Shown here one piece after another: positions 1 to 8,707 of a stretch of 39,663 nt of DNA. The translations under genes were made by a program, and so were the position numbers. The stretch covers positions 1 to 39,663 of the forward strand of contig CAYYZZ010000002.1 of assembly GCA_964476235.1 (NCBI GenBank). Reading direction: 5' to 3'. Below the pieces are notes generated by a model, which saw only the letters and a list, made by a program, of their open reading frames with translations, made no database searches and was not told the origin of the DNA. The stretch's first letter is position 1. Each line of letters starts with the position of its first letter. This DNA comes from an uncultured Streptomycetaceae bacterium (GTDB lineage Bacteria; Pseudomonadota; Gammaproteobacteria; Burkholderiales; SG8-41).

Positions 1-149
1 TATCCAACGGTAATCCAGGGGCTGGCACGAGTTTTGGCCCATGGCTTTGTCGCTCACCTTGCCCATATTCCCGATAGGGGCGGCGGCTCGCTTCGCGCCC
101 TGAGCCAAAATCGTGACAGCGCATCGCGCGTTTCATCATGTTAGGGGCT

Positions 150-1178
150 CTAGCGGGCTCCCGGGGCATGGGTTGAAAGGGGACGAAGCGGCCGCCAGAA
201 CTTGAGCAGATCGATGGGGGTCGCTTCGAAGCGCTCGCAGGCGCGCGGATGCAGGGCAACCACGGCAAGCCCGTCGAGGTCGCGCCGGCGCAGCGCCGAG
301 AGCAGCGGCGCGAACCAGGCGCGCTCGATTTCCGCGAGCGCCTGCCGCCAGGCCTGGTCATCGCCATAGCGCGCGGCTGACGCTTCCGCCACGATGAGAG
401 TGCGCGCGGCCCGGTCCGCGGTTGACGGCTGCCGGTCCGGCACGCCGTCGGGGACCGTCGTTTTTGCGCCGATTCTGGTGGCGAGGGCAAGGGCGAGGAC
501 GTTCGCGCCCCCCACGTGCGAGAAATGCTGCCCGGGAACGGGCCGCCGCCCGCCGCCCCACAGCCACACGCTGTTGATCGGCAGTTCCCTGCGGGATTCC
601 CGGCGCTGGTTCACCGGATGCTCGTGCAGCAGCATCTGGATCTCGTTGAGCGTCCGCCGCCAGCGCAGGCCGTCCTCGCCGGAGGGCAGGGCGCCGGCGA
701 TATCCCGGCCCGCCGCCTGTGAGATCTCGCGCGTTGCGAGGCGCGGCGTGCCGGGCGCGCGCAGATACCACCGCGCCGGGTGCGGCGCTTGGAAAACCAG
801 GCCATCGCCGGCAAAGTGGCGGTTGAGAAGCGCGATGAGTTCGGCCGCGTCTTCCGCGCCGGGTTTCAGCGCTTCGGGATCGATCAGCGTCAGCCGGTCC
901 CGGCGGGGAGCCAGGTGAACCGGGTCGGCGCGCAGCCAGTAATCGTCGCCCGCATCGCCGCCGTCGAAATCGAGCGTGATCGGCGCGACGGGCCAGTCCT
1001 GCTGGCGCTCGACCTCGAAAGCCTGGCACAACCACGCTTCGAGGCCGAGAGGGGGAAAGCTTTGGCGCCGGGCGCGCGAAAGAAGCCGTGCAAGCGCCGG
1101 TAATTCCAGTTCCCGGTACGCCCCCTCGCCGTCGTCGCGCGGCCAGAACAGATCGGGAACGAGCAGGGTAACGTGCAT
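150..1178 (-). CDS. Conserved hypothetical protein (possibly the 'RpfE-type regulatory protein' family found beside lolCDE in Betaproteobacteria; name from memory)
   Basis: 342-aa ORF with ATG at 1178, divergent from lolC. Ordinary amino-acid composition (MHVTLLVPDLFWPRDDGEG...), unlike the R/A/P-rich overlapping frames. No catalytic motif recognised by eye. Confidence 0.55.
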   Translation of the reverse strand: MHVTLLVPDLFWPRDDGEGAYRELELPALARLLSRARRQSFPPLGLEAWLCQAFEVERQQDWPVAPITLDFDGGDAGDDYWLRADPVHLAPRRDRLTLIDPEALKPGAEDAAELIALLNRHFAGDGLVFQAPHPARWYLRAPGTPRLATREISQAAGRDIAGALPSGEDGLRWRRTLNEIQMLLHEHPVNQRRESRRELPINSVWLWGGGRRPVPGQHFSHVGGANVLALALATRIGAKTTVPDGVPDRQPSTADRAARTLIVAEASAARYGDDQAWRQALAEIERAWFAPLLSALRRRDLDGLAVVALHPRACERFEATPIDLLKFWRPLRPLSTHAPGAR

Positions 1179-1203
1179 GATGGAGGCACTCGCAGTGTAG
1201 CAC

Positions 1204-1241
1204 TAGCAGCCTGTCGGACGTACCGTATCGACAGGCTGCTA
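1204..1241. promoter_or_regulatory. Perfect 13-bp inverted repeat in the divergent 1179-1299 spacer (candidate operator or structured leader)
   Basis: TAGCAGCCTGTCG (1204-1216) pairs with CGACAGGCTGCTA (1229-1241) over a 12-nt loop. The dispersed 19-mer GCAAGACCGCCTCGAACCG follows at 1245-1263. Confidence 0.5.
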
Positions 1242-1299
1242 ATAGCAAGACCGCCTCGAACCGGCAAATTCCTGGCGGTTTGGCGCGGCGCAACGCGCT

Positions 1300-2586
1300 G
1301 TGGCACACTGCGACATTCCCCATTTTCCCTTTCAGCCCGCCGCAGTGTCGTACGAATTCTTCATCGGCCTTCGCTACACGCGCGCCAAGCGGCGCAATCA
1401 CTTCATCTCCTTCATCTCGCTCATCTCGGTGGCCGGCATCGCGCTCGGCATGACGGTGCTGATCACGGTGCTGTCCGTGATGAACGGCTTCCAGCGCGAG
1501 ATCCGCACGCGGATACTCGGCGTGGCTTCCCACGTGCAGTTGAGCGGCGCGGGCGGGACGCTGGGCGACTGGAAGCGTGTCGCCAGCGAGGCTACGCGCC
1601 ACGATCAGGTGCTGGCCGCGGCCCCGTACGTTACCGCGCAAGGGTTGCTGACCAACGGCTCGGCGGTGCGGGGCGCGTTCGTGCGCGGCGTCCTGCCGGA
1701 GCAGGAGGAGCGCGTCGCGGATATCGGGCGGCACATGAGGAGCGGCCGCCTCGATAACCTGAAGCCGGGCGAGTACGGCGTCGTGCTGGGCGTCGAGCTC
1801 GCGCGGGCGCTGGGAGCGGTGCAGGGCGACAAGGTGGTGATGGTCGCGCCGCAGGGGCAGGTGACGCCGGCCGGCGTCATTCCGCGGCTGCGGCAGTTCA
1901 CGGTGGTGGGCATCTTCGGGGTGGACCATTACGAGTACGACTCCGGCCTTGCGCTGGTCCACGTCGAGGACGCGCAGCGCCTGTTCCGCCTGGGCGAGGC
2001 GGTGTCCGGGGTGCGGCTGAAGCTGAAGGACCTGTTCGAGGCGACGCGCGTCGCGCGCGATCTGTCGCGCTCGCTCGGCCCCGATGTTTACGCCAGCGAC
2101 TGGACCCAGCAGCACGCCAACTTCTTCCGCGCGGTGCAGATCGAGAAGCGGATGATGTTCATCGTGGTGATCCTGATCATCGCGGTGGCGGCGTTCAATA
2201 TCGTATCGAGCCTGGTGATGGTGGTCACCGACAAGCAGGCGGACATCGCGATCTTGCGCACGCTGGGGGCCGCGCCCTCCAGCATCACCAGGATCTTCAT
2301 CATCCAGGGCACGCTGATCGGCGTCGTCGGCACGCTGCTGGGGCTTGCCGGCGGCATTGCGCTCGCGCTCAACGTCGAGACGGTGGTGCCGTTCATCGAG
2401 AGCCTTTTCGGCATCAAGTTTCTCTCCAAGGACGTTTACTACATCAGCGATTTGCCGTCCGAGCTGCAGATGCCCGATGTGCTGATTACCGCCTTGGTCT
2501 CGTTCGCGTTGTCGCTTGCCGCGACGATCTATCCGAGCTGGCGCGCGGCGAAGATCAATCCAGCGGAGGCCCTGCGCTATGAGTAG
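1300..2586 (+). CDS. lolC: Lipoprotein-releasing system transmembrane subunit LolC/LolE (FtsX/MacB-type permease)
   Basis: [36 protein letters not shown]-terminus and [18 protein letters not shown]-terminus are typical of LolC/E. Stop overlaps the lolD start. An alternative GTG start at 1345 gives the canonical N-terminus. Confidence 0.9.
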   Translation: MAHCDIPHFPFQPAAVSYEFFIGLRYTRAKRRNHFISFISLISVAGIALGMTVLITVLSVMNGFQREIRTRILGVASHVQLSGAGGTLGDWKRVASEATRHDQVLAAAPYVTAQGLLTNGSAVRGAFVRGVLPEQEERVADIGRHMRSGRLDNLKPGEYGVVLGVELARALGAVQGDKVVMVAPQGQVTPAGVIPRLRQFTVVGIFGVDHYEYDSGLALVHVEDAQRLFRLGEAVSGVRLKLKDLFEATRVARDLSRSLGPDVYASDWTQQHANFFRAVQIEKRMMFIVVILIIAVAAFNIVSSLVMVVTDKQADIAILRTLGAAPSSITRIFIIQGTLIGVVGTLLGLAGGIALALNVETVVPFIESLFGIKFLSKDVYYISDLPSELQMPDVLITALVSFALSLAATIYPSWRAAKINPAEALRYE

Positions 2587-3268
2587 CGCGCAGCCGGTGA
2601 TTTCCTGCCGCAATCTCCGCAAGACGTTCCATCAGGGCAAGGTGGCAGTGCCGGTGCTGGCGGGGGTGGATCTTGACGTCGCGGCGGGAGAGCGCGTGGC
2701 GATCGTGGGCGCCTCAGGCTCAGGCAAGAGCACGCTGCTCCATCTGCTCGGCGGACTGGACGACGCCACGCAGGGCGAGGTGAGGGTGCTGGGGCAGGAC
2801 CTGAGCCATCAGAGCGAGGCCGAACGCGGCGTGACGCGCAACCGCTCGCTGGGCTTCGTCTACCAATTCCATCATCTGCTGCCGGAATTCTCCGCGCTGG
2901 AGAACGTGGCGATGCCGCTGCTTATCCGGCGCGTGGAAAAAGGCGCGGCTTACGGCGAGGCGGCGGGCCTGCTGCAGCGGGTCGGTCTCGATCACCGCCT
3001 TGCGCATCGTCCCGGGGAACTCTCGGGCGGCGAGCGTCAGCGCGCCGCCCTCGCTCGGGCACTGGTGACGCGGCCGGCCTGCGTGCTGGCGGACGAACCC
3101 ACCGGCAATCTCGACCGGCACACGGCGGAAGCCGTGTTCGAGCTGATGCTCGAGTTGAATCGCAGCAGCGGGACGAGCCTCGTGATCGTGACGCATGACC
3201 CCGAGATCGCGCGGCGGGCCGATCGCATCTTGCGGCTGGTGGACGGCGTCTTGCATCCAGAGGCGTGA
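2579..3268 (+). CDS. lolD: Lipoprotein-releasing system ATP-binding protein LolD
   Basis: ATG at 2579 overlaps the lolC stop (ATGAGTAG). Walker [10 protein letters not shown], signature LSGGERQR and Walker [12 protein letters not shown] are present. The longer ORF-track start at 2516 lies inside lolC. Confidence 0.93.
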   Translation: MSSAQPVISCRNLRKTFHQGKVAVPVLAGVDLDVAAGERVAIVGASGSGKSTLLHLLGGLDDATQGEVRVLGQDLSHQSEAERGVTRNRSLGFVYQFHHLLPEFSALENVAMPLLIRRVEKGAAYGEAAGLLQRVGLDHRLAHRPGELSGGERQRAALARALVTRPACVLADEPTGNLDRHTAEAVFELMLELNRSSGTSLVIVTHDPEIARRADRILRLVDGVLHPEA

Positions 3269-3270
3269 CC

Positions 3271-3379
3271 CGTGATTCGTGAATCGTGATTCGACCTCTT
3301 ATTCCCTCTCCCCTGCGGTGGGGGAGAGGTCAGGGTGAGGGGGGACGCTCGATTCACGAATCACGATTCACGAATCACG
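3271..3379. repeat. Heptad-periodic inverted repeat (GTGAWTC subfamily), 3 + 4 units, REP-like hairpin in the loop
   Basis: Left arm CGTGATTCGTGAATCGTGATTCGA (3271-3294). The right arm (3349-3379) is its exact reverse complement plus one extra 7-nt unit. The loop carries CCCTCTCCCCTGCGGTGGGGGAGAGG...GGGTGAGGGG. Confidence 0.95.
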
Positions 3380-3696
3380 GGGTTCATCAGGAACGTTCGC
3401 AGCAAACCGGACTGGGTGACTTCTTCGTAAACGGCAGGGTCTTGCAGGGCCTGGGTCAGTATGAAGTGCGGCGCGCCGCGCTTGATGAACTGGGGCGCGA
3501 GGATGCCGGTGGCGATGACCGCGAGACCCGTGAAGATCCAGCCGATGAGCGCCAGCACCACGCCGATCCCCAGCACCGGCATCATCACGAACGGCAGCAG
3601 CAGGCGCGCCGAAAGATAGCGCGCTGCGGCTTTCGGGTCGATCTCGACCTTGATCCCGCCGCGCGCGTGGGCGGCGGTGAATTCGCTGTGAGTCAT
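3361..3696 (-). CDS. Small hypothetical membrane protein (two predicted TM helices)
   Basis: 111-aa ORF with hydrophobic stretches LLLPFVMMPVLGIGVVLALIGWIFTGLAVIATGILA. The last residues (VIRES*) and the stop codon are encoded by the heptad repeat arm at 3349-3379. Confidence 0.5.
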   Translation of the reverse strand: MTHSEFTAAHARGGIKVEIDPKAAARYLSARLLLPFVMMPVLGIGVVLALIGWIFTGLAVIATGILAPQFIKRGAPHFILTQALQDPAVYEEVTQSGLLRTFLMNPVIRES

Positions 3697-3708
3697 GTCT
3701 TGCAGTCG

Positions 3709-3887
3709 CAGATAAAGCGACTCAGGTGAAGCGTCTCAGATAAAGCGTCGCAGGTGATTCGTCCCAAGAAAAGCGTCTTTCCGAGACGCCTTATCTGAGA
3801 CGTCTTATCTGAGACGTCCTATCTGAGACGTCCTATCTGAGACGCCTTATCTGAGACGTCTTATCTGAGACGCTTCACCTGGGACGC
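3709..3887. repeat. 14-nt-periodic (2 x 7) inverted tandem array, 5 + 7 units, 4-nt tip
   Basis: The left arm has units CAGATAAAGCGACT, CAGGTGAAGCGTCT, CAGATAAAGCGTCG, CAGGTGATTCGTCC and CAAGAAAAGCGTCT (3709-3778). The tip is TTCC. The right arm has seven units of GAGACG(C/T)C(T/C)TATCT (3783-3880) plus a partial unit. Confidence 0.95.
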
Positions 3888-3889
3888 CT

Positions 3890-4510
3890 TCAGTATTCGA
3901 CCGGTATCGGATCCAACGAGCGCCACAGATACCAGGTGGCCACCGAGCGCCACGGCGCCCAGGCAGTGCCGATTTTCTGCATGCGCGTGAAGGTCAGAGG
4001 ACGGCCGCGGTTGTAGTGCAGCCGCATCGCCCGTTGCAGGCCGAGGTCGGCGAGCGGCAGCACGTCGGGGCGGGCGAGGTGGAACATCAGGAACATTTCC
4101 GCCGTCCAGCGGCCGATGCCTTTCACCTGCGTCAACTCCCCGATCAGGATCTCGTCATCGAGCGCGGGCCAGCGCGCGGCGTCGAGCGTGCCGCCACGGA
4201 ACTTGCCGGCGAGATCCTTCAGATAGCCGGCCTTCTGGCCGGACAGGCCGCAGTTGTGCAGGGTCGGTTTGCGGACGCGGGACAGGGTCTCCGGCGTCAC
4301 CGTTCCGAGCCGGCCGGCGAGCCGGTCCCAGACGCTTTGGGCCGCCTTCACCGAGATCTGCTGGCCGACGATGGAACGGGCAAGCGTCGAGAACGCATCG
4401 CCGCGGCTGCCGAGCGCGAGGCCCTGGAACCGCGCAATCAGTTCACTCAGCACCGCGTCGCGCTCGGCGAGCTCGCGGGTCGCCTGCGGCCAGTAGTCGG
4501 GTGTTTTCAT
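3890..4510 (-). CDS. DNA-3-methyladenine glycosylase II family (HhH-GPD, AlkA-like)
   Basis: 206 aa. Helix-hairpin-helix/GPD region LTQVKGIGRWTAEMFLMF...DVLPLADLGLQ includes the catalytic-type Asp. Confidence 0.85.
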   Translation of the reverse strand: MKTPDYWPQATRELAERDAVLSELIARFQGLALGSRGDAFSTLARSIVGQQISVKAAQSVWDRLAGRLGTVTPETLSRVRKPTLHNCGLSGQKAGYLKDLAGKFRGGTLDAARWPALDDEILIGELTQVKGIGRWTAEMFLMFHLARPDVLPLADLGLQRAMRLHYNRGRPLTFTRMQKIGTAWAPWRSVATWYLWRSLDPIPVEY

Positions 4511-4523
4511 CGTGTGTTTATTA

Positions 4524-4613
4524 GCCGCAAAGGCGCAAAGCCGCAGAGAACTTTCAACAAAATGTGTCTATTATTAATTAAGTTAAATCTCGGCGCCTCT
4601 GCGTCTCTGTGGC
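4524..4613. repeat. Heptad-periodic inverted repeat (GCCGCAA/AGGCGCA subfamily) with AT-rich loop
   Basis: Left arm GCCGCAAAGGCGCAAAGCCGCAGAGA (4524-4549). Right arm TCTCGGCGCCTCTGCGTCTCTGTGGC (4588-4613), imperfectly complementary. Same unit family as 14462-14622. Confidence 0.8.
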
Positions 4614-4616
4614 GTG

Positions 4617-5177
4617 TTATTGATTTCTTTTACGGTGCCGGCGCCGGCGCTGCCAGGCGCAGCGCACGTAAAGCCGCCAAGTCCAGTCAACCGCGAAATA
4701 GCCGGCGAGCGCGAGCAGCAGCGCGAGCAAAGGCAGGCCGATCGCCAGCGGCTTGCCGACGGATCCGAGCCATTCCAGCGCCGTCGGCAGCCATTCGCTG
4801 AAACCCTTGTCTTCCAGGCCGAATGCGAGCGGATGCAGCGCGCCGTCGGTTTGCAGCAGGGCAAGTTGTCCGAGCTTGAAGGCGACGTAGTAGAGCGGAA
4901 CGATGGTGAGTGGATTGGAGTAGAGCGTCACCAGCGCCGCGATCGGCAGATTGACCCGGCCTGCAATCGCAAGCAGGGCGGCCGCGGTGAACTGGACCGG
5001 GTTGCTGCCCGGGATGAGGCCCGCGAACAGGCCGGCCGCGACGCCGCCCGCCACCGACCTGCGGTGCAGGTGCCACAGGTTGTGGTGCTGGAGCCACGGC
5101 CCGAACCGCGCGATGGTGCGGTTCGCCCTGATGGAATCATGGCTGGGCAGGATTTTTCGAAGGAACTTGCGGGGCAT
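4617..5177 (-). CDS. DUF2062-family membrane protein
   Basis: 186 aa. N-terminus MPRKFLRKILPSHDSIRANR...LWHLHRRSVAGGVAAGLFAGLIPG is typical of DUF2062, with several TM segments. Confidence 0.75.
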   Translation of the reverse strand: MPRKFLRKILPSHDSIRANRTIARFGPWLQHHNLWHLHRRSVAGGVAAGLFAGLIPGSNPVQFTAAALLAIAGRVNLPIAALVTLYSNPLTIVPLYYVAFKLGQLALLQTDGALHPLAFGLEDKGFSEWLPTALEWLGSVGKPLAIGLPLLALLLALAGYFAVDWTWRLYVRCAWQRRRRHRKRNQ

Positions 5178-5408
5178 GCGTGATCGGTCGCGTATCGTAC
5201 GCGGCCGATAAGATTTTACTCAATTTGGGTTCGTTTTCACGCTAATTCCTCAGGCGGTTTAGTTGTCAGCAGCCGGTCGGGGGTCAAATTAGCCCGCATG
5301 CCGCAGGCGTTTGCCCGCGCGGCTTGATCGCATGCCCCCAAGTCCGCGTACTCATGAAGCTTGCGGGCTGAGGTGTCCACCGGCGCGCGCTTCGCGCGTT
5401 ACGGGGCA

Positions 5409-7820
5409 ATGAGGCTCAACGTTCTCTGCTTCGTGGCGGGGGCCTGGTGGCTGCAGCAGCAGGCCGTGCTGCCCGATGCCGGCTGGGCGTGGGCGCTGGG
5501 AGCGGTTGGCCTTGCCGTAACCGCAGCGCGACCCGAGCGCGGGGCGCTGCGCCTGCTGCGCGGGCTGCTCGTGAAATCCGCGTGCTTCGCCCTGGGTTTT
5601 TCGTGGGCGGCGTGGTGCGCGCAACAGAGGCTGGCGGACGCCCTGCCGGCGGAATGGGAAGGGCGCAATATCGCCGTCGTCGGCGTCGTGGCCGGGTTGC
5701 CGCAGGCATACGATCGGGGCGTTCGCTTCGAGTTCGACATCGAGCGCGTGCTGACCCCGGGCGCGCGCGTGCCGCAGCATATTGTGCTGTCGTGGTGGGG
5801 CACCCCGGCGCGCGACGACCGGCCCGCCACCTTTCCGTCGCTCGAGCCGGGCGAGCGCTGGCTGTTGACGGTGCGGCTGAAGCGCCCGCACGGGACCGCC
5901 AACCCCCATGGCTTCGACTACGAGGCGTGGCTGTTCGAGCGCAACCTGCGCGCAGCCGGTTATGTGCGGCCGAAGACGGCCCGCGAGCGGCTGGCGACGA
6001 TGGTGCACGAGCCCAGGTACTGGGTCGAGCGCGCCCGCGGGGCAATCCGCTCGCGCATCCAGGCCGCGTTGCCGGATGCGCCGTACGCCGGCGTCATCGC
6101 CGCGCTCGCGATCGGCGACCAGCGCGCCATCCCTCCGGAACAGTGGCAGACCTTCACCCGCACCGGCGTCAACCACCTGATGAGCATCTCGGGGCTGCAC
6201 GTCACCATGGTCTCGGGCCTCGTGTTCGCGCTGGTCTACGGCCTGTGGCGCCGCATTCCCCGGCTCACGCTGGCATTGCCGGCGCTTAAGGCCGCCGCGG
6301 TCGGGGCGCTGGGTGCCGCGCTGCTCTACGCGCTGCTCGCGGGTTTCGCCGCGCCGGCACAGCGCACCGTTTACATGCTGGCCGTGGTCGCGGCCGCGCT
6401 TTGGCTGGGCGTCATCGAATCGGCTTCGGTCGTGCTGTGCGTGGCGCTCCTCGTCGTCGTGGTGATCGACCCCTGGGCGGTGCTGGCGCCGGGATTCTGG
6501 CTATCCTTCGGCGCGGTCGCCGTGATCATGTACGTCACGGCAGGCCGCATCGGCCGCGAGCATTGGCTTGCGAGCTGGGCCAGGGTGCAGATCGCGGTGA
6601 CGCTGGCGCTGATCCCGCCGCTGCTGGCGATGTTCCAGCAGGTATCGATCGTCTCGCCGCTCGCCAACGCCGTGGCGATCCCGGTGGTCAGCCTGATCGT
6701 CGCGCCGCTGGCGCTGATCGGGGTCGCGCTGCCGTTCGACCTCGTCCTGCAGTGCGCGCATCTCGTGATGAGCGGGTGCATGGCGCTGCTCGAGTGGTTG
6801 AGCACGCTGCCTGACGCCGTGTGGCAGCAGCACGCGCCCCCGGCGTGGGCCGTGATCGTTGCGGTCGCGGCGCTGGCCTGGCTGCTCGCCCCGCGCGGGC
6901 TGCCCGCGCGCTGGCTGGGCGTGATCGGGCTGCTGCCGTTATTCGCGGTGGCGCCGGGCGTGTTGAGGGCAGGAGACGTCGAGGTCGTCGTGCTGGACGT
7001 CGGACAAGGCTTATCCACGGTGGTTCGCACCGCGAAACATGCACTGCTCTACGATGCAGGCCCTGCGTTCGGGCCGGGTGCGGACAGCGGCAGCCGCATC
7101 ATCGTTCCCTACTTGCGGGCAGTCGGCGTCGATCGGCTCGACGGCATGATCGTCACGCATGACGATGACGATCACTCGGGCGGGGCGGCATCGGTGCTGC
7201 AGGCGGTACCGGTGGCCTGGCTGCTGACCTCGCTACCCGACCTCGACCCCCTGGTAGTGCAGGCCAATCCGGCTATGCGTTGCGAGGCGGGGCAGCAGTG
7301 GGAATGGGACGGCGTGCGTTTCGAGGTGCTGCACCCGACACGAGCGAGCTATGGCGACCCCGCGGTCAGGGATAACGACCGCGGTTGCGTGCTCAAGGTC
7401 GAGGCGCCAGGCGGCCGGGTCCTGCTCCCCGCCGACGTCGAGCGCCGTACCGAAGAGGAGTTGCTGCTCCGCTCGTTGGGCCGTCTGCCGGCCGATGTGC
7501 TGCTGGCGCCGCACCACGGCAGCCGCACTTCATCGATCCCCGCGTTCGTGCAAGCGGTCGGCCCACAGTTGGTGGTGTTCCCGGCGGGCTATCGCAACCG
7601 ACTGGGGCATCCCCACCGCGAAGTGGTGGAGCGCTATCGGAACGCTGGCACGCGGATTTACCGCACCGATCGCGACGGTGCCGTGACCATCGCGGTCCAC
7701 GCGGAAGGCACGATCAGTGTCACGCCGTACCGCGCCGTCTATCGCCGCTACTGGCAGACGCCGCTGTTCGGGGATCCTGTCCCGGATCCCCTGGAATTCG
7801 GAATGCAGAATGATGAATGA
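5409..7820 (+). CDS. comEC: DNA internalisation-related competence protein ComEC/Rec2
   Basis: Polytopic membrane core followed by a C-terminal metallo-beta-lactamase domain (VVVLDVGQGLSTVV ... THDDDDHSGG ... APHHGS). ATG at 5409 is preferred over the TTG at 5361. Confidence 0.9.
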   Translation: MRLNVLCFVAGAWWLQQQAVLPDAGWAWALGAVGLAVTAARPERGALRLLRGLLVKSACFALGFSWAAWCAQQRLADALPAEWEGRNIAVVGVVAGLPQAYDRGVRFEFDIERVLTPGARVPQHIVLSWWGTPARDDRPATFPSLEPGERWLLTVRLKRPHGTANPHGFDYEAWLFERNLRAAGYVRPKTARERLATMVHEPRYWVERARGAIRSRIQAALPDAPYAGVIAALAIGDQRAIPPEQWQTFTRTGVNHLMSISGLHVTMVSGLVFALVYGLWRRIPRLTLALPALKAAAVGALGAALLYALLAGFAAPAQRTVYMLAVVAAALWLGVIESASVVLCVALLVVVVIDPWAVLAPGFWLSFGAVAVIMYVTAGRIGREHWLASWARVQIAVTLALIPPLLAMFQQVSIVSPLANAVAIPVVSLIVAPLALIGVALPFDLVLQCAHLVMSGCMALLEWLSTLPDAVWQQHAPPAWAVIVAVAALAWLLAPRGLPARWLGVIGLLPLFAVAPGVLRAGDVEVVVLDVGQGLSTVVRTAKHALLYDAGPAFGPGADSGSRIIVPYLRAVGVDRLDGMIVTHDDDDHSGGAASVLQAVPVAWLLTSLPDLDPLVVQANPAMRCEAGQQWEWDGVRFEVLHPTRASYGDPAVRDNDRGCVLKVEAPGGRVLLPADVERRTEEELLLRSLGRLPADVLLAPHHGSRTSSIPAFVQAVGPQLVVFPAGYRNRLGHPHREVVERYRNAGTRIYRTDRDGAVTIAVHAEGTISVTPYRAVYRRYWQTPLFGDPVPDPLEFGMQNDE

Positions 7821-7898
7821 TGAGCGGACGGCACCGACGCCGGTTCCATTAACTCATTATTCCTCATTCACTTTCACTCAGTGAGAGTGAGTGAAAGT
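7801..7898. repeat. Heptad-periodic inverted repeat (GAATGAT subfamily) plus an adjacent 11-bp perfect hairpin, between convergent comEC and the hydratase gene
   Basis: Left arm GAATGCAGAATGATGAATGATGAG (7801-7824) contains the comEC TGA. Right arm CTCATTATTCCTCATTCACTTTCACTCA (7853-7880). The hairpin is ACTTTCACTCA (7870-7880) / TGAGTGAAAGT (7888-7898). Confidence 0.88.
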
Positions 7899-8695
7899 CC
7901 GGTCACGCCCGGCAAGCCTTCGTAACGCGAGGACCAGGTTTCGCCGGGCTTGATCGGCATTGCCGCGGTGAGCGTGCCGGTGGTGATCACCTCTCCCGCT
8001 GCGAGCGGCTCGAACTGCGGCTGGTGCGCGAGTACGCCGGCCAGGTGGGCGAGCGCGGACGCCGGGTGGCCGAGCGCGTTGGCGCCGATGCCTTGATCCA
8101 CCGCTTTTTCATCCCGGCTGAGCGTTACCCGGCAGTCCCGCAATTGGCGGGTCAGCGCGGGGATCTCCGTGGGCAGGAGCGGGATCGGCGCGCCGACGAT
8201 CAACCGCCAGTGGAAGGAAAAATCAGCCGCCGATTCGGCAGGCCCGAATTTCCAGCCGGCGAAATGACAGTCCACGATCTCGAAGCTCGGCGCCAGCCAC
8301 TCGATCGCCTCCAGAACCCGCGCCGGGTCGTTGACGCCCGCCGGCAGGGGCGCCTTGAGCTTGAACGCGATCTCGGGCTCGAGCCGCGGCTGCACGCTGC
8401 CTCCAAGCGAGACGGTGGCGCGATGACCGTCTGCGAACTGCACGGTTCGATCGTAGACATGCGCCCAGATCGGTGCGGTGGCGCCGTATTCCGCCCAGAT
8501 TTTGCGATTGGTGAAGCCGATCTTGCGCCCGACGGTCTTCTCGCCGCGCGCCCGCCGCAGCCTGACAATCTCGGCCGCGACCCGGTACGCCGCATCCCAG
8601 TCAAAATGCGGATTGCGCTCGATGATCGAAGGAATGACCTTGCCCTGATCGAGCGCGTCGATCAGCTCTCCGACGACGATTCTGGAAAAATACAC
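7874..8695 (-). CDS. 2-keto-4-pentenoate hydratase / FAH-superfamily hydratase-decarboxylase-like protein
   Basis: 273 aa with GTG start. GRKIGFTNRKIW ... and the overall pattern resemble the MhpD/XylJ hydratase family. The C-terminal LTLTE* and the stop lie in a repeat hairpin. Confidence 0.7.
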   Translation of the reverse strand: MYFSRIVVGELIDALDQGKVIPSIIERNPHFDWDAAYRVAAEIVRLRRARGEKTVGRKIGFTNRKIWAEYGATAPIWAHVYDRTVQFADGHRATVSLGGSVQPRLEPEIAFKLKAPLPAGVNDPARVLEAIEWLAPSFEIVDCHFAGWKFGPAESAADFSFHWRLIVGAPIPLLPTEIPALTRQLRDCRVTLSRDEKAVDQGIGANALGHPASALAHLAGVLAHQPQFEPLAAGEVITTGTLTAAMPIKPGETWSSRYEGLPGVTGLSLTLTE

Positions 8696-8707
8696 CGGGA
8701 AGCCGCC

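Noticed and set aside
1-149. Possible 5' end of a minus-strand gene (ATG at 66 or 42) running off the window
   Set aside because: Only about 20 codons are visible, there is no convincing Shine-Dalgarno, and the peptide is not recognisable. That is too little to support a call.
1301-1316. Sigma-54-like TGGCAC upstream of, or within, the lolC 5' end
   Set aside because: The -12 element is absent. TGGCAC-N5 is followed by GACA rather than TTGC, and the site lies inside the candidate lolC coding start.
358-2622. 754-aa minus-strand ORF antisense to lolC/lolD
   Set aside because: Its composition is strongly R/A/P/H/G-rich and low in complexity. It fully overlaps two well-supported plus-strand genes, which is the typical high-GC antisense artefact.
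3286-3729. 147-aa plus-strand ORF (IPSPLRWGRGQGEGG...) antisense to the small membrane protein
   Set aside because: Its N-terminus is the translation of the REP-like motif and the repeat arm, and the remainder is antisense to a hydrophobic ORF. The 37260-37802 ORF, which reads through the REP at 37446, is rejected for the same reason.
3709-3887. Possible CRISPR array (regular short direct repeats)
   Set aside because: The 14-nt units are contiguous with no unique spacers. The left part is the inverted complement of the right part. No cas genes are in the window.
5352-7044. Multiple ORFs overlapping comEC on both strands
   Set aside because: They are off-frame or antisense within a gene that has a clear ComEC membrane core and metallo-beta-lactamase domain.
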